This document shows positions 15,471 to 28,530 of a stretch of 64,000 nt of DNA, piece after piece. The notes below the pieces were generated by a model that worked only from the letters and a program-made list of their open reading frames with translations, was not told the DNA's origin and ran no database searches. The DNA is from Girardia tigrina (lineage: Eukaryota). The stretch spans positions 1 through 64,000 of the forward strand of contig MQRK01212312.1 of NCBI GenBank assembly GCA_001938485.1, read 5' to 3'. Within the stretch, counting starts at the first letter, position 1; each line of letters begins with the position of its first letter. The translations under genes and the position numbers were made by a program.

Positions 15471-18400
15471 TGTGAGGAATATTTTAAATTTTGTATGTTG
15501 AGTTTAGTATTTAGAAATGTGTTTCTCCCATCCAGATGGAAAATTGATATTTTAGATGTTCACGATAAATAATTATTCGAGTATAATTTATATTTTAAAG
15601 TACAGCATAAGATATTTAAAAACATTAAAAATATTAAATCGTTTCAAATTTTAATAATAAAAAATTAAATAAAGTAAATAGCTTTTAACAAAGTTTTTAC
15701 ATAAAATCATTTTTTGAATAGAATTAATATGTAGATAAAATTATTACTAAAATTATAAAATTTGAACTTTAAAAATAAAATCTAAAAATAATGAAAAATT
15801 TGTTCGAATAATTATTTATTAAAAAACATTAACTAAAAGTTATCAATTTAGAACGATGTCAAATTACGAAAGCTTTACTGAGAGTTTTCCAAAAAACAAA
15901 TCTAATTGCATTGAAAATAAAAGTTCGAAAACCCATGTTGGTGTTCTTAATATGGCGACACACGACCACGTGATTCCGAACATCAGAGGTCCGGAGATTT
16001 TTGATGGATCTGAAACAAAGGTTGAGGCATTCATAACGAGCTTTAATGAAGATAATGGGATTTTCAGAGGAGAGGAAAATCTTATTAGCAACACAATATA
16101 TGACTCCGGATGTCATAATAAAATATGAAGCAGCGACAGGTGAAACATGTGAAGAGAAACTAAGATCCGCATTTTCAAAGGAAAAATCTATCCTGGATCT
16201 AATGAATGAACTGGTAGAAATGAGAATTGGATCCAGCGATCCAACAGTAATATTTAGAAAGGCTGACGAAATCATTGAAATGTTAATTGAGAAAAAGTTG
16301 GGTAAAAAGGAACTATCAAATTTGGTCTACGCTAATCTGATAGATGACGAGAACGTACAGAAAGAAATAGCTGTTAGAGGTGTCAAGAAATCTGAAGAGA
16401 TTGAAGACATTCAAACGAGAATGTTCGAATATGATAAAAAGAAAAAAATGCTCCTGTAGCGGCATATAACACGAAAAGAGAAAATGAATGGAGAACAGTG
16501 GAAAATAAAACAAGTACACCAAGACCACAGAACGAGAAATTCATAGAACAAGAAACAAGAAGAAATTTTAAAGTTCGAAAAATTACCTGTTGAGCATGCC
16601 ACGAAGAAGGGCATATTAGAAGAGAGTGTCCAAACGTGAAGTGTAGTCATTGTAATGGAAAAGGGCATTTAAGAACACAGTGTTATGAAAACCCTAATAG
16701 GTTTAGGGAGCGTGATCAATGGAAAAGGGATAATGGAAATAATCGATGGAATAACAGGCAAAATTACTCGAATCAACGGTATAGAGAACGGCCAACATAC
16801 ACGAATAGGAAATACCCAGTAGCAGAAGTGGACGAACTAGATGATGAATTATACATAAGAGAAGAATCTAGAAAAGGGGACTATTCTGAAGGAACGTATA
16901 GAAGAGAAGATGGTAAAAGACTGGAATCTCCCGTAGGTAACAGAAAATTCAGAAATGATCAGGGAAACGAGGACGCACGATCACAGGGAGAAGTGATCAC
17001 TGTGCTACAATAGGAACTCAATGTAGGTGTATGATTGATTGTATGTATGAATGTGTTTGTGATTGTATGTTTGATGATGTGTTTGAAAATATTCCTCTGG
17101 AGATGTGCAGATTAGATAATGAACCTGAAGGACACGATGAAATATGTGCTAATATGGATATAGAAAATGAGAAAAAAATTAAAAAGAATGCTGAAGATGT
17201 ATTGATATTACCGAAGTTTAACATAAATTATGAAGATTTGAAAGATAGACCAAGTATAGAGTTCCGAATAAAGAATAAAAATGTCAATTGCCTGTTAGAT
17301 ACCGGAGCTCGAGTCAACGTTATTAAAGCAGAGATAATTAAAGATATGAAAGATGTCAAGATCAAAGAAATTAAAAGATGAATACATTGTGCGAATGATT
17401 CAGAACTTATAAACTATGGTATTTATAAAAGTAACCCAAAGTTCAGATAAGGTTAACCTGAAGCTACTTTTATATGATATAATAAACGAAATAACAAATC
17501 CGGGAGTGGAAATGATGTTAATTACAAAGAAGAAAAACTATAACGAATAACACATACAATTCAATAACCGTATAACAATTCTTTTGTCTTTTAACTTGAA
17601 AGATGATGTCGGACTTGATGGTTATTCGTCGTTTTTTGAGATTGTCAGGATTGTCTTCTTGGTAGCGTTATTGCATGAGACGAATCTTTAAAAAAACGAT
17701 AAAGGACTTCAATTCTTCGAGAATTTCTTTGTCGAGTTCTTGGGACGTGAGTAACGATTTGTCATCGGTGGTGAGATGGAGAGAGAGTTGTTTGGTGTTG
17801 TTGGAGAGATGATTGAGGATGTTGATACAGTTGCAGTCGATGAGTTTTTGGTTTCAGCTTGGGAATGATTTAATAATAGAATCCACAAAAACTACTGTAT
17901 TTCATTAATTGATCAATATTTCATATTTATTATTTAATTTTTTATTTCTCAATCCAAATATTATTATTTAGCTTGAATTCCATAATAATGTACTTTTACA
18001 GTATTGTTCAACTTAAAGTGATAATTGAAAGAATGCAGAAAACAGTAGATTTCTTTGTGGTCAAAGATTAAGATCCAGAAATGATTGCATGAATGGATTT
18101 CTTGGACAAATTCAGGATTAAGTTAAAGAGAGAACCATCAAATACTAATGAGTTACTGGTAATACGAGACAATCCATCAGACGAGGATAGATTGAGGAGA
18201 ATAAAAGAGCTGTTAGAAAACAAAATTGACAACCAACTAATGGAACTTTTAACACGATTTAAATCAATATTTATGGCCGACAAATGGGATATTGGAAGGA
18301 CATCACTGACCAAACACAAGATCGAAACGCATGGAGAACCGGTTTTAGTGAAACCTTATCGACAACCAAAACATTTCGAGGAAAAACTGAACGATATTAT

Positions 18401-18697
18401 TCGAAATTATGAAGAAAACGATATTATAGAGAAATGCAGTTCACCGTGGAATTTCTCTTTAGTTTGTGTTTGGTTTTTTTGTATGTTGAGTTTAGTATTT
18501 GGAAATGTGTTTCTCCCACCCAGATGGAAAATTGATATTTTAGATGTTCACAATAAATAATTATGCGAGTATAATTTACATTTTAAAGTACAGCATAAGA
18601 TATGTAAAAACATTAAAAATATTAAATCGTTTCAAATTTTAATATTAAAAATTTAAATAAAGTAAATAACTTTTAACTAAGTTTGAATTAAATAAAT
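15471..18697 (+). mobile_element. Internally deleted Gypsy LTR retrotransposon (5' LTR, PBS, gag, protease, start of RT, partial 3' LTR)
   Basis: 5' LTR 15471-15952 followed by PBS-like TGGCGAC. Gag zinc knuckle CSHCNGKGHLRTQC, protease LLDTGA and RT start SSPWN follow. The sequence then jumps at ~18478 into a second copy of the LTR. Confidence 0.9.
17424..18000 (-). mobile_element. Solo LTR of a second family inserted in the Gypsy protease region
   Basis: 5-bp TSD GTATT (17419-17423 / 18001-18005). Minus-strand termini are TGTAAAAGTA...TACTTTTATA. Removing the insert restores the reading ..INYG-IVQLKV.. Confidence 0.8.
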
Positions 18698-20628
18698 GTT
18701 TTTTAAATTTTCTTACTCTTCATTTCCTCTCAAGTAAGGAAGTCTTCCCGAAAGAATGTCTCAGTTGTATATGGATATTAAATAAAGGACAAAAATATTC
18801 AAATCCTCACTACAGTTCGAGAAAAAGCAAAGCGGTAATTTATATCAATAATAAAAATATCGAAGAAAAAATAATAGAGATTGAGTGAACTCAGTCTTCT
18901 ATAGAAAGTAATTAAAAATAAAGTTCTTCGGAACATGTAATTCGAGCATTTGGTAAAGGAATGAAACTGATATTATAATTGCAAACTAGTTAGGGTAGTT
19001 TTCTTTTACATTGTTGCAAAATATTCCCTGAATGAATCAGTGAAAATTTTTTCAACGTAAAGTTGTGTTGCGATTTATGTCGAAGTCTCACGAGACCGAC
19101 TGACTAAATTATCAACATTTGCTGCATGAAATCTCAAATAGTAAAGTAATATTTTTAAAAAAAGATGAAGAAATTTCTTCTTAAAGGGAAGAAAACTCTC
19201 TGGCTCCGAATTTGCTATGGAAATTGATATGTAAAGCCTTAAAAAATGCGCTTTTTGAAGGGGAGTGAATCAGGTTAGGCGACCTTAGAAATAATTTTTT
19301 AATGCATAAATTGGTCGATGAAGGAACGTCGTATCCTTTCTTGTTGGGATCATTCTCCGTTATGAGTCCCTTACTTTCGGCTGTATTACAATAAATGCTT
19401 AAGTGACAAAATACTTCAACTCCTTTTTTCAACATTTTCTCCAATAATCACAGCAATCTTAAAAAAAATTAAAATTGAAAATTTTTAATTCTTTATTTTT
19501 ATTTTTTTATTTTATTTTATTTTTTTAATTTTAACCCTCAGCTGTATCGCATAAGTAGACGTTTGAATTATCCTTAAATATCATAAATATGTTAATTAAA
19601 AAGAAATTTTGTCAATATTTAACGAAAAAGTATAAGCTTTATTGAAATTAAAAATAAATAAAAAGTCGAATCTTTAAGGTTAAAGTTTGACGCACGACCG
19701 TCGTACATCTTACATAAGCTGGGAGTTAGAGTTACATTTACTTATAATACAAATCAAATTGCCATTAAATCCATTCTCAATAATATCTTCAAAGTAAGTC
19801 ATTCTTCCTGATTGATAAATTCATATACTTCCATTCCAAATCCATCAACCTCCATCGGAAAATATTTCTCACATCCCCTGGGTTCTAAACATTTCACCAA
19901 GATCTATAATATACACAAAAATAAAATTAATTTCAAAGATTTGCTGATTTTCCCAATATGCGTACGAGTTCAATTTGTTTGAAATTATTTTAGAAATTCT
20001 CCTACGGATCTCTCTTTTTTTCGGGATGCATATGCGGTATAATACCGTCGGTATTACATTAAAGAATTGTGAACACTTAACAATGTTAAGAAAATAATGA
20101 AAAATTCAACTCTCAATGTTAGGTCGAAATTCTCAGTAGTCAGTTTTATGGAGCTGCAAGGGTTGGGTTAGTGAGATAAGATGGCCACATTTAGCATAAA
20201 GATGGGTTGAAGGGTCTTTAATAGACACCCTCAATTAGGAACATAAATCTAATCGAAAAGATGGTATCTGTAAAAATTATGCCTCCTCTCAAAGTTCTTT
20301 ATTCCGAAAATTAAAAAATTAACAACGACACTCTCTTACAATATACTTTGTATTTGCCTGTAAAAACATTGTTAATAGTAAAATAATGAAAAAATTATTT
20401 AAAATAGGTGGGTAATTAAGATTATTTGCCCTTATTAAATAAAATATTTTAATGTGATCGAATTATTTATTCTAATATTTCCGCATTGTTAGAACCCCTT
20501 AATTAATTATGCTTCGGCGATTATCCTTTCATAATGCGAATCGAAGTGATCCAAATACAATTTTAAAGTAATAATTGTGAAAATGTGAATTTTTAAAAGA
20601 TTTGTAACAAATGACTTTTAGAAAATTT

Positions 20629-21870
20629 TGTCATAATTATAACTTTTTGTTTTTAAGAAAATTTTAAATATGAAGATTAAAAAAGGATCGTTCCCGTCAG
20701 ATATTAAGGAATGTGTTTTCATGGCCGACAAGTACAATAAGGGTTGTGTCTTTATAGCGAAAAAATAACCAACGAAATTGGAGACGCGATGAGAGACATC
20801 ATCGTCACTCGTTAGAGAATATCATCGGAAAGTATAATTTCGCATAGAAAAAGGCAAGAAAGAATATATGATTTTTTTTGGATTTTCTAGAGATAAAACA
20901 CGATCCTCAAGAGAAAGGCATTTCCGAAGACGAAAATCAACTAATTGATCAAGTCACTGTGCGGTGCAAAATAGAGCATTTTAATCGATCTTGGAAATGT
21001 CCACGACCAGGTGAAGTTGGATGAGACTTGACAGAAGAAGACTACTTTTTGACCAAAGAATGGATAATATTATTTTACTAAAATGCTATTTTCACATCTA
21101 GGCTTCAGGAACCTTTTGAGGGATAATAACTAATAACTTTTTGGATGATTTCTTGATATTGACCTAAACCATTGACCACATCACCAAGTACCCAAATAGT
21201 TCTCAGACAAAGTAGAGTGGTCAGATTGAAAGTTACTCAAAAGTCCCAACCCTTTAGGGAGAAAATAAGATTTTTGGGACACTAACAATAACATGAATAA
21301 ACACAGATTCATCAAATGGTTACTACGATTCGGAAGTCCAAAGAGTATACGTCTCTATCGTCAGAATACTTTCCATTAGAAAATCATGAAAGATTTTGTA
21401 ATGAGTTTAATCGCATAGTTCTGTTTTTAACGTCTACCCTATAATAATTTTAACAAAGTGATAGAACAATTGTTCCGGACTACAAGAGATTTAATTAGCG
21501 TAATGTTTTATAATGGAAAAAACTAATTTTTTATAAATCCTTCTAGAAATCGAGCTAGTTTTTAATTCAACCGGACAAGAAACCAAGAGGAAGATGTCGA
21601 GATGAAAAAACCTTAAAAACATTTACAGAGACAGCTCATATCTTTCAGAACAGATATACAGTTCTCTTAGGAAAGATAGTACGATTTCAAGAAGAAAAAT
21701 GTAAAAAGAAGACAGAATTTCGGTTAAGGTGTATGTAAAAAATAAATGACAAGACAAATCTGAAGTATCATATAGAGTTGTAGGGCGAATAGATGATAGA
21801 GGATACGTATTGCAAAGGGAGGACGAAAGGTAGATCGATTGCAATGTTTGAAATTGGGATACGAGAGATT
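20629..21870 (+). mobile_element. Heavily deleted Gypsy remnant
   Basis: Scattered motifs FLDDFLI (~21138), IRFLGH (~21265) and an integrase-tail-like YRVVGRIDDRGYVL (~21770). Boundaries are approximate. Confidence 0.5.
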
Positions 21871-22855
21871 TAATTTTAAAGTACCTTTTAGAAAGAATTT
21901 TCAGAAAAGTTTTTAAATAATTAATTTTTGTTATTAAAAAATTCTGAACTCAAAGTTTGGAATTTAAATATTGAAAAGAAGATCCAAAACTAAAGATGCT
22001 GAATGTTCTTAATAATTATCATACTTTTTATTCAAAGTAAAACTTTCTTGGCACTCTATAACAGGGTTGTCTCTAATCTTGTCTACAATTCTCTACTAAT
22101 TGAGTGTGCTCGGCTATTCTAGTTCGTAGGGGATTCACACTTGCAGTATCTATATTAATAAATCGAATTCAACCGAGTTTTTAATGTTTTAACAAAATAT
22201 TTTCAACTTTTATTAAATAATTAAAGTTATTCTAACAGCAAGAATTCAGTGCTTCAGCTCCATCAGAAAATGATAGGCCTAAATTACATTTCATTAAATT
22301 ACGAACTTCAATTTTTGCTGCTAATGTTTTATTTGGTTTTAAATTATAGATTCCCTATTGTTGTTTATGGGGTCCGTGAGACACTTTCTACTAAATGAAC
22401 CTTTTGAAGAGTATCAATATCCCTATCAGAAACTTTGAGGTAATTCTTTTGAAAACTCGTTTCATGATTATTTTTCTTTTAATTAACATATGTAAGGAAG
22501 GTAACTCATTTGGGAACTTAATATTTAGGTATATGTTTATAAATCTCTTTACTTTTTGTAACGTTCTCATTCTTATTCTCAAATGCATTTTCGAAGAATG
22601 ATGGCTCGTTAGATCGATTTAAAAGTAGAATCTTTTAATTGAATAATTCTCTTGGCATTAATTCTTAAGTAACTGTCGTGGGGCCCCCTATCATAAAAAA
22701 ATCAGAAATTTTTATTGTTTCATTTAAAGAACAAATGTTAAGACTTCTTCTTCGACACTTGGAGACAAATAGAACAGAAGACTTGCAAAATAAATATTTT
22801 ATTAACAGATCAAATAATTACAAATTCGATAATGAAACCGTAATAATTTTCACCT

Positions 22856-23269
22856 TTACATAATGTTCGAATAATTTAGTAATAAATCTGAGTAAGAAAC
22901 AGCTTGGCTATTCTGAAAATTTGATATTCCTGATGGTACCCAGTTGTAAGGGTTTGCGTTGGTCGCGTTCAACCAGTGGGTGGGATCATACGTATTTTTA
23001 TAGAAGGGACATTGATAAATTCCCTGATGAGGGGTCGGGGACGATTCATGCAACGATGCTGGATTACTGGTTGTGGAATTCGTACTGGGTTTATTTTTGT
23101 TCGTTCTGTCACTAATAAAACCTATGGAAATATTTTTCTCGCTTTTCGAAGAAGGATTTGGCGGATTTGATAATTCGTTTTTTTTCGACGAATTTTGGTA
23201 GTGATGAACATCGGAACCGGGATTTTGTTTCTTCCACTTCGTTCGTCTATTTTGAAACCAAATCTTTAC
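22856..23269 (-). CDS. Nkx1: NK1/Nkx1 (slouch/Sax-type) homeobox gene, exon 3 (helix 3 and C-terminus)
   Basis: Acceptor aaatag| then VKIWFQNRRTKWKKQNPGSDV... open for 138 codons to TAA at 22858-22856. KWKKQNPG is the NK1-family signature. Confidence 0.95.
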   Translation of the reverse strand, partial: VKIWFQNRRTKWKKQNPGSDVHHYQNSSKKNELSNPPNPSSKSEKNISIGFISDRTNKNKPSTNSTTSNPASLHESSPTPHQGIYQCPFYKNTYDPTHWLNATNANPYNWVPSGISNFQNSQAVSYSDLLLNYSNIM

Positions 23270-25078
23270 CTATTTCAGGGAAATTTATTATTTTTAAAAA
23301 GTTATAAAACGATAATAAATATTTATATTAATTTTTAAAGCACATGTTTCCATTTAAAGGAATGCTGTATCTCCCTGAATTCTTTACTTAGCATTTCAAT
23401 GAGCCCCATCAGTACAATGTCTTGCTTGTTGTCGTGCAAAATATAAATAAAATTTCCAACAAAAATAAATTATGCATTAATTTTTTTACTTAAAAAATAA
23501 CTTTCTTTAAATATTCTCTCGATATTTATTCAAATGAATTCGTATTGAGATTCAATGGCTTTTAATAAAGTTAGCTCTGCAATTTTCTATAAAATACTTT
23601 TTAATATTTAGAAATAGAAGAGCATTATTAATATTTTATTTATATTTATTTTATTTTTTAATGGATTTTGTTTATTTAATATTGGTCATGTTTTTTTCCT
23701 TATTATTATTGACCTATTATTATTACTTTATATTTACAAGCTTTTATTACGTTTCCTTTGTTTGTTTGTTTGTTTGTCTGTATGGATCAAATCTTGCGAT
23801 CGAAATTTCACCCACTTCCCGTTGTGCTGGTGACTTGAAATTTTCAGGAGTGATGTATTCTAGATGACAATATACTATTTCATTGTCACTGCTTTCCTGC
23901 AGTCAGTAGTTTGTCCGTAAAAAGTCAATAAAGTGCCGTTCTCATGCTTTTCTTAGTAGTAGGCTTTGAAATTTACTAAATTTAATTTCCAAATCGAATG
24001 AGCTTTCGCATGTAGTAATAGTAGGCTTTGATGGTCTGTGTTGAAAATTTAGAATATACCGACAAAATGAGCTCAATGAAGAGTTTAGATTGTCAGTAAT
24101 GCTAACGGCTTTCAATACAGACCACCAAAATAGATACAGAGTGAAACATTTAATAATCAATATAAAAACTTATATAAAAAACATATATAATCCATACAAA
24201 TCACTGCAATCAGGTCTTTTAATATGGGAAGTGGGTGAAATACATACAGATCCGCAAACATTTAACAAATTATAAAAGCTTGTGCACCAAAATTTTTTTT
24301 GGCGTGATAATTCTTTATATATTTTATTTATTAAATAACTTAATGATAAGCAATGGTCTCACTGAATAATAAATTAAATAAATAAATAAATAGGACATGT
24401 TGTGATGAGTTTTCTTGCATGAGCGTCCGTCATTAGAAAGTAATGCAAGTTAATTAAAATAATAAATAAAAAATGGTAAAACTTTTCTTTTGAAATACAA
24501 TTAAATATTTCCAGTATTGAGACGACATTACTTTGTCCATTTCGAATATGAATTAATTGATTGTAGTGTCTTATCAATAATGATTCACTAACTACCGCTC
24601 ATAATGTAAATCAAAACCCTTTTGTAAAACTAAAAACTCATCATATGAAGCAGAAGTGATTTTATTTTTACAGTGTCACCAATGATCAAGAACCTTACTC
24701 GATCGACTCGATTGTGAGTGCTCACTAATCCGGGTTTTGAGATGACGATTTGTCTCTCCAATGTGATCCTCCCTTCGTATATAGGTATTAAGCCTGAGGC
24801 TTTTTACGAGGTTCTAAGACACTTATGGCTTTAAAAAGCCATACCACCATGTTGGAATTTACATGCCTAAGCTCCACCGGCTAACCGGCTTCACAACACA
24901 TCTCACCAAGATTAGAAACCTTGGATCATTGCGAGGTAATCGAACACGCGACTGCAGGGTCACTACTCCTTACAGTCAAGATACTCAGTTTTGCAGCTGG
25001 GCCTTAAAGAAACTGGTTTGCTAGTCTAGTAACGATACACCGGCTGGCGTCCGTTCAAATAGTAAATGGCCCAGCTCA

Positions 25079-25166
25079 GGACGCTTTCGCCTAGAGAAGA
25101 GAGCTCTAGTTTCCCAGGGTTACCACGTGGATGTACATCCAAACTGACCTAGGACTCAGTGACCTC
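25079..25166 (-). ncRNA. Degenerate HDV-like ribozyme, probably the 5' end of an RTE-type LINE relic
   Basis: On the minus strand: P2 GGATGT, P3 ACA, L3 TCCACGT, GGT, AACCCT-GG, P4 CTAGAG/CTCTAG, J4/2 GCGAA, and P2' GCGTCC. P1 and P3 carry mismatches. Confidence 0.55.
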
Positions 25167-26850
25167 TCTGTCTCTCCAATATACGAGTTTTTACACCCGT
25201 GACAATTAAATTTCTAAACTAGATTAGCTTACAATCCACAAACTGTTTTTTATTTATACGAGAGGAAGCTTTGAATGCGGTTGCACTATTTGTTATTGCT
25301 GATTAAATATCTTTAAATTCACAACACTCAATAATAGCATCCTTTGCAGGATATAAAAGTGGTAAAAATAAAATGCAGTTTTCAGGGAGGCATTTATTAT
25401 ATTATGATTAATTGATAATTTGCGATGAAACTAATATTTTCACTATTTCAAATTAAAAGTATTAAAATTATTGCTAATAATAATAATCACATTAATATTT
25501 TTTTCATAAAAATCAATGGAAAATAAATTCTAATAAATGGAAGAAATTTTAATTTTACGATATTAAAATTAAAGAATAAATAAAAGAATTTATTAAGTGA
25601 AAATTAATCGAAAGTTTATTCTTTGAATATTAATTGAAGTAAATTTTTTTAAGGAGAATAAAAGACAGATGGAAATATTTAAGTCAATTAAAATAAAGCT
25701 ATAGTAAATAAATATTTAATAGTCATAAAAATATAAAATAAAAATAAGGCAGCATATTTTGGTTGTCCTCGTCTTTTGAACATAAGACCTTCAACATGGT
25801 CACTAATTTATTGAAGACGTTCCTACCAAGTTATTTTATAAACTTTTTAATGTTGTCAAAATTATTTTCTTCAATCAGCCCCCCTCCGGGGTCATATAAT
25901 CTGATCTAAATTTTCCGAACATAATTAACAGAGAATCATACACAATTCGTATTTATAACATATGATAAACAAATAATTAAAATTTTTAATTACAGTTTTC
26001 ATAAATGCATTTTTATTTGTAAATTAATATATATAATTAATTTTCTTATGGATATTTAATTTTTTTCAATATTAGAAATCGTAACAATGAAGTAATATAC
26101 CCCTAGGGGTGGTTATAATAAAAGGCCTCCCTCAAAATTAACAATAACTTCTTATCTAAAATATCTATATAAATATAATTTTGTAATTCGAAATTATTTA
26201 TGTACTTTAAGTAATAAATAAAGAATAATAATTATTTGAATCATAATTTATATATATAAATATAAATGTATATATAACAATCATTATTAGAAAAATTTAG
26301 TTAGTTGAAGTAAAGTGCCTCCACAAATCTGAGGCCTAGTACCTTAGTTAACTTAAACCCATAAATCCTTCTGTCTAAGAAGGATAACAAGACAAACTAG
26401 ATAGTGTAATTTATTAGAAAGATTAAATATAAACATTAGGGTTATGACATTTTTATATCTTAAAAACTTGGGTTAGAAACAATGAACTTTTATGTCAAGT
26501 GAACGAAAATGACCACCGTTTTGGGGAATTTTACACAGGAAGGCTCAAATATTGAACATAATTGATAAAAAACTGAGTTCACAATTAATTTGGAGTAAGA
26601 TTAATACAAGTAATAAGTTTTCAATAAAACTGAAGAGGTAAAAACATTTAAATGATTATAGTTTTTTAACGTTTATGTATTATGTATAATATGATTAAAA
26701 AATTAAATGGTAACTAAAACCAGCGAAAGTATGTCTTAATTTTATTCTGAGAAAACAACGATTATTAAAGGGCAAGATGCATAATTTATTCAAGAAATAT
26801 TCCAATGAGAACTGTATTCCGAATGCGCATGATTGTGGGGATATAACTCA

Positions 26851-26921
26851 GGGGACAGTCGCAATTCATAAATTGTGGGGGGACACAGTCGCAATTCATA
26901 AATTGTGGGGGACACAGTTGC
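26851..26921. repeat. Short tandem repeat, ~30-bp unit x ~2.3
   Basis: GGGGAC(AC)AGTCGCAATTCATAAATTGT repeated. Confidence 0.8.
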
Positions 26922-28269
26922 CATAAATCCTCCAAGATTAGGTTCTAAGGTAAAGTAATTAACTTACTTAAAATTTTTGATTTATGTGAGTAAAAATATT
27001 TTTAGTGCAAGCTTTTAAATACATATTTACAATTTCCTATTATTAATATTAATAAATAATAAACAATATAAATGTGTATTTAATATATTTTTGATAGAAA
27101 TATTTTTTGTAAATTTACGGAAAATTAATTATGCTCATCATTAAATAAACATCGCCTAAAGTCATTTAAATATAAATTCAAACGATTTGAAGTTCGTAAC
27201 ATATTTTACTATAAATTAAATGTTTTTAAAATATTAATTGTACAAATTAAAAAAAATGTTTTTTAATTGTTTTACTTTAAATTGGAAATATTCTGCGATT
27301 TGACTTTGCTTAGAATATTAAAATGTCAAAATATTACAATATAATATTGATTAAAAAGGGATAATTTAAATTGAAAATATAATAAATTATTTAAAAGTTG
27401 AACATTATCAATTTATAACAGAAAATTGTAATTCTTAATTTCGTGAAGGAAATAATTTTCTTTGGTAACATAATTTATTAAAAATATTTTAATTTAATAT
27501 TAATTTTTATTACAAAATTTATTTAAACAATTTATTAGTAATTTATAAAGTAAAATAATATAATATAATATAATACAATGTAATATAATATAATATAATA
27601 TATAAATATATATTACAATACAATAATTTTCCATTATCATTTTAAACTGATACAATCTTTTGATTTTTCCTATTTCTCTTTATATTACAAAATGTGTCCA
27701 AATCATTAAGTGACTGTAAAATCTATACAATAAAGAACAATTAAAGCTATAACTTTCCTCTCCTTTTATTTATGCTCGAAAGAAATCCTACGAAGTCATC
27801 TTTACTAATCGTATGTGATAGAGGAAAATATTATATTAAATGGCTATTCTCTGAAAATAAATTAATTTTAAATGTGAGACTGGAAAATACATATTATGGG
27901 CGTAATTAGACTTCAAAATAATCGAGGCTCTGTCGGCAGTGATTAAACAAATATTTTGTTTTATTTTCCTTATCTCGCCGAAAAGTATTAGTGATAGAAA
28001 AGACAACTGGATTATGGAGAAATCGATTGAAGTATAAGTCGTAGTGTTTTTAAACTTTAGGTTTTTATCAATGTAGATCTGTCGGAACTTCAGATTCTTC
28101 TGCTTTTTTCTTTACAAAATACTTTTAACGTAAAGAATATGAATCAATCTTTCATGGAGTTCAGAAAAAATGTTATTACTGAAAATCAAAAGTCATGTAC
28201 CTTACTCAAGAATCAGGCTCTGGAATATCGCAATTCAAATATAGTGAGTATATCATAGAATGGGGGAAA

Positions 28270-28530
28270 GAATTCTGCTATCTCAAAAGTATATTGGCCA
28301 CTAATGGTAGCTGCGACCAGGATATTAGTCAACAAATATGAAATGGAATGCGGAGTAACCGCGTCCCAATATTATTGACCAGAAAACTGACTGACACTAG
28401 TATTTTCCCTGCAATCTATTTTGGTAGTGAGTGCTGGGCAACGCCTAAGAATGAAGTTCCACGGTTATAAGCTTTCCATAATTGCTGCACAAGAACGGCT
28501 CTCATAAAGACAAAACTCGACAGGATCCGA
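28270..28530 (+). mobile_element. Non-LTR (RTE-like) reverse transcriptase C-terminal remnant
   Basis: EFCYLKSILATNGSCDQDISQQI, FPAIYFGSECWAT and FHNCCTR resemble the RTE FxYLGS..DI..RI / LYGSE.W / FH..CLR motifs. Confidence 0.65.

Noticed and set aside
19430-19905. Exon-like blocks on the minus strand, one with three TGA codons in a Trp-rich context
   Set aside because: The splice phases do not join into an open frame and I recognise no homology. TGA is a normal stop elsewhere in the window, so recoding is not supported. At most a pseudogene.
25851-26449. Possible solo LTR (TG...CA)
   Set aside because: The flanks do not form a matching TSD and the boundaries are uncertain.
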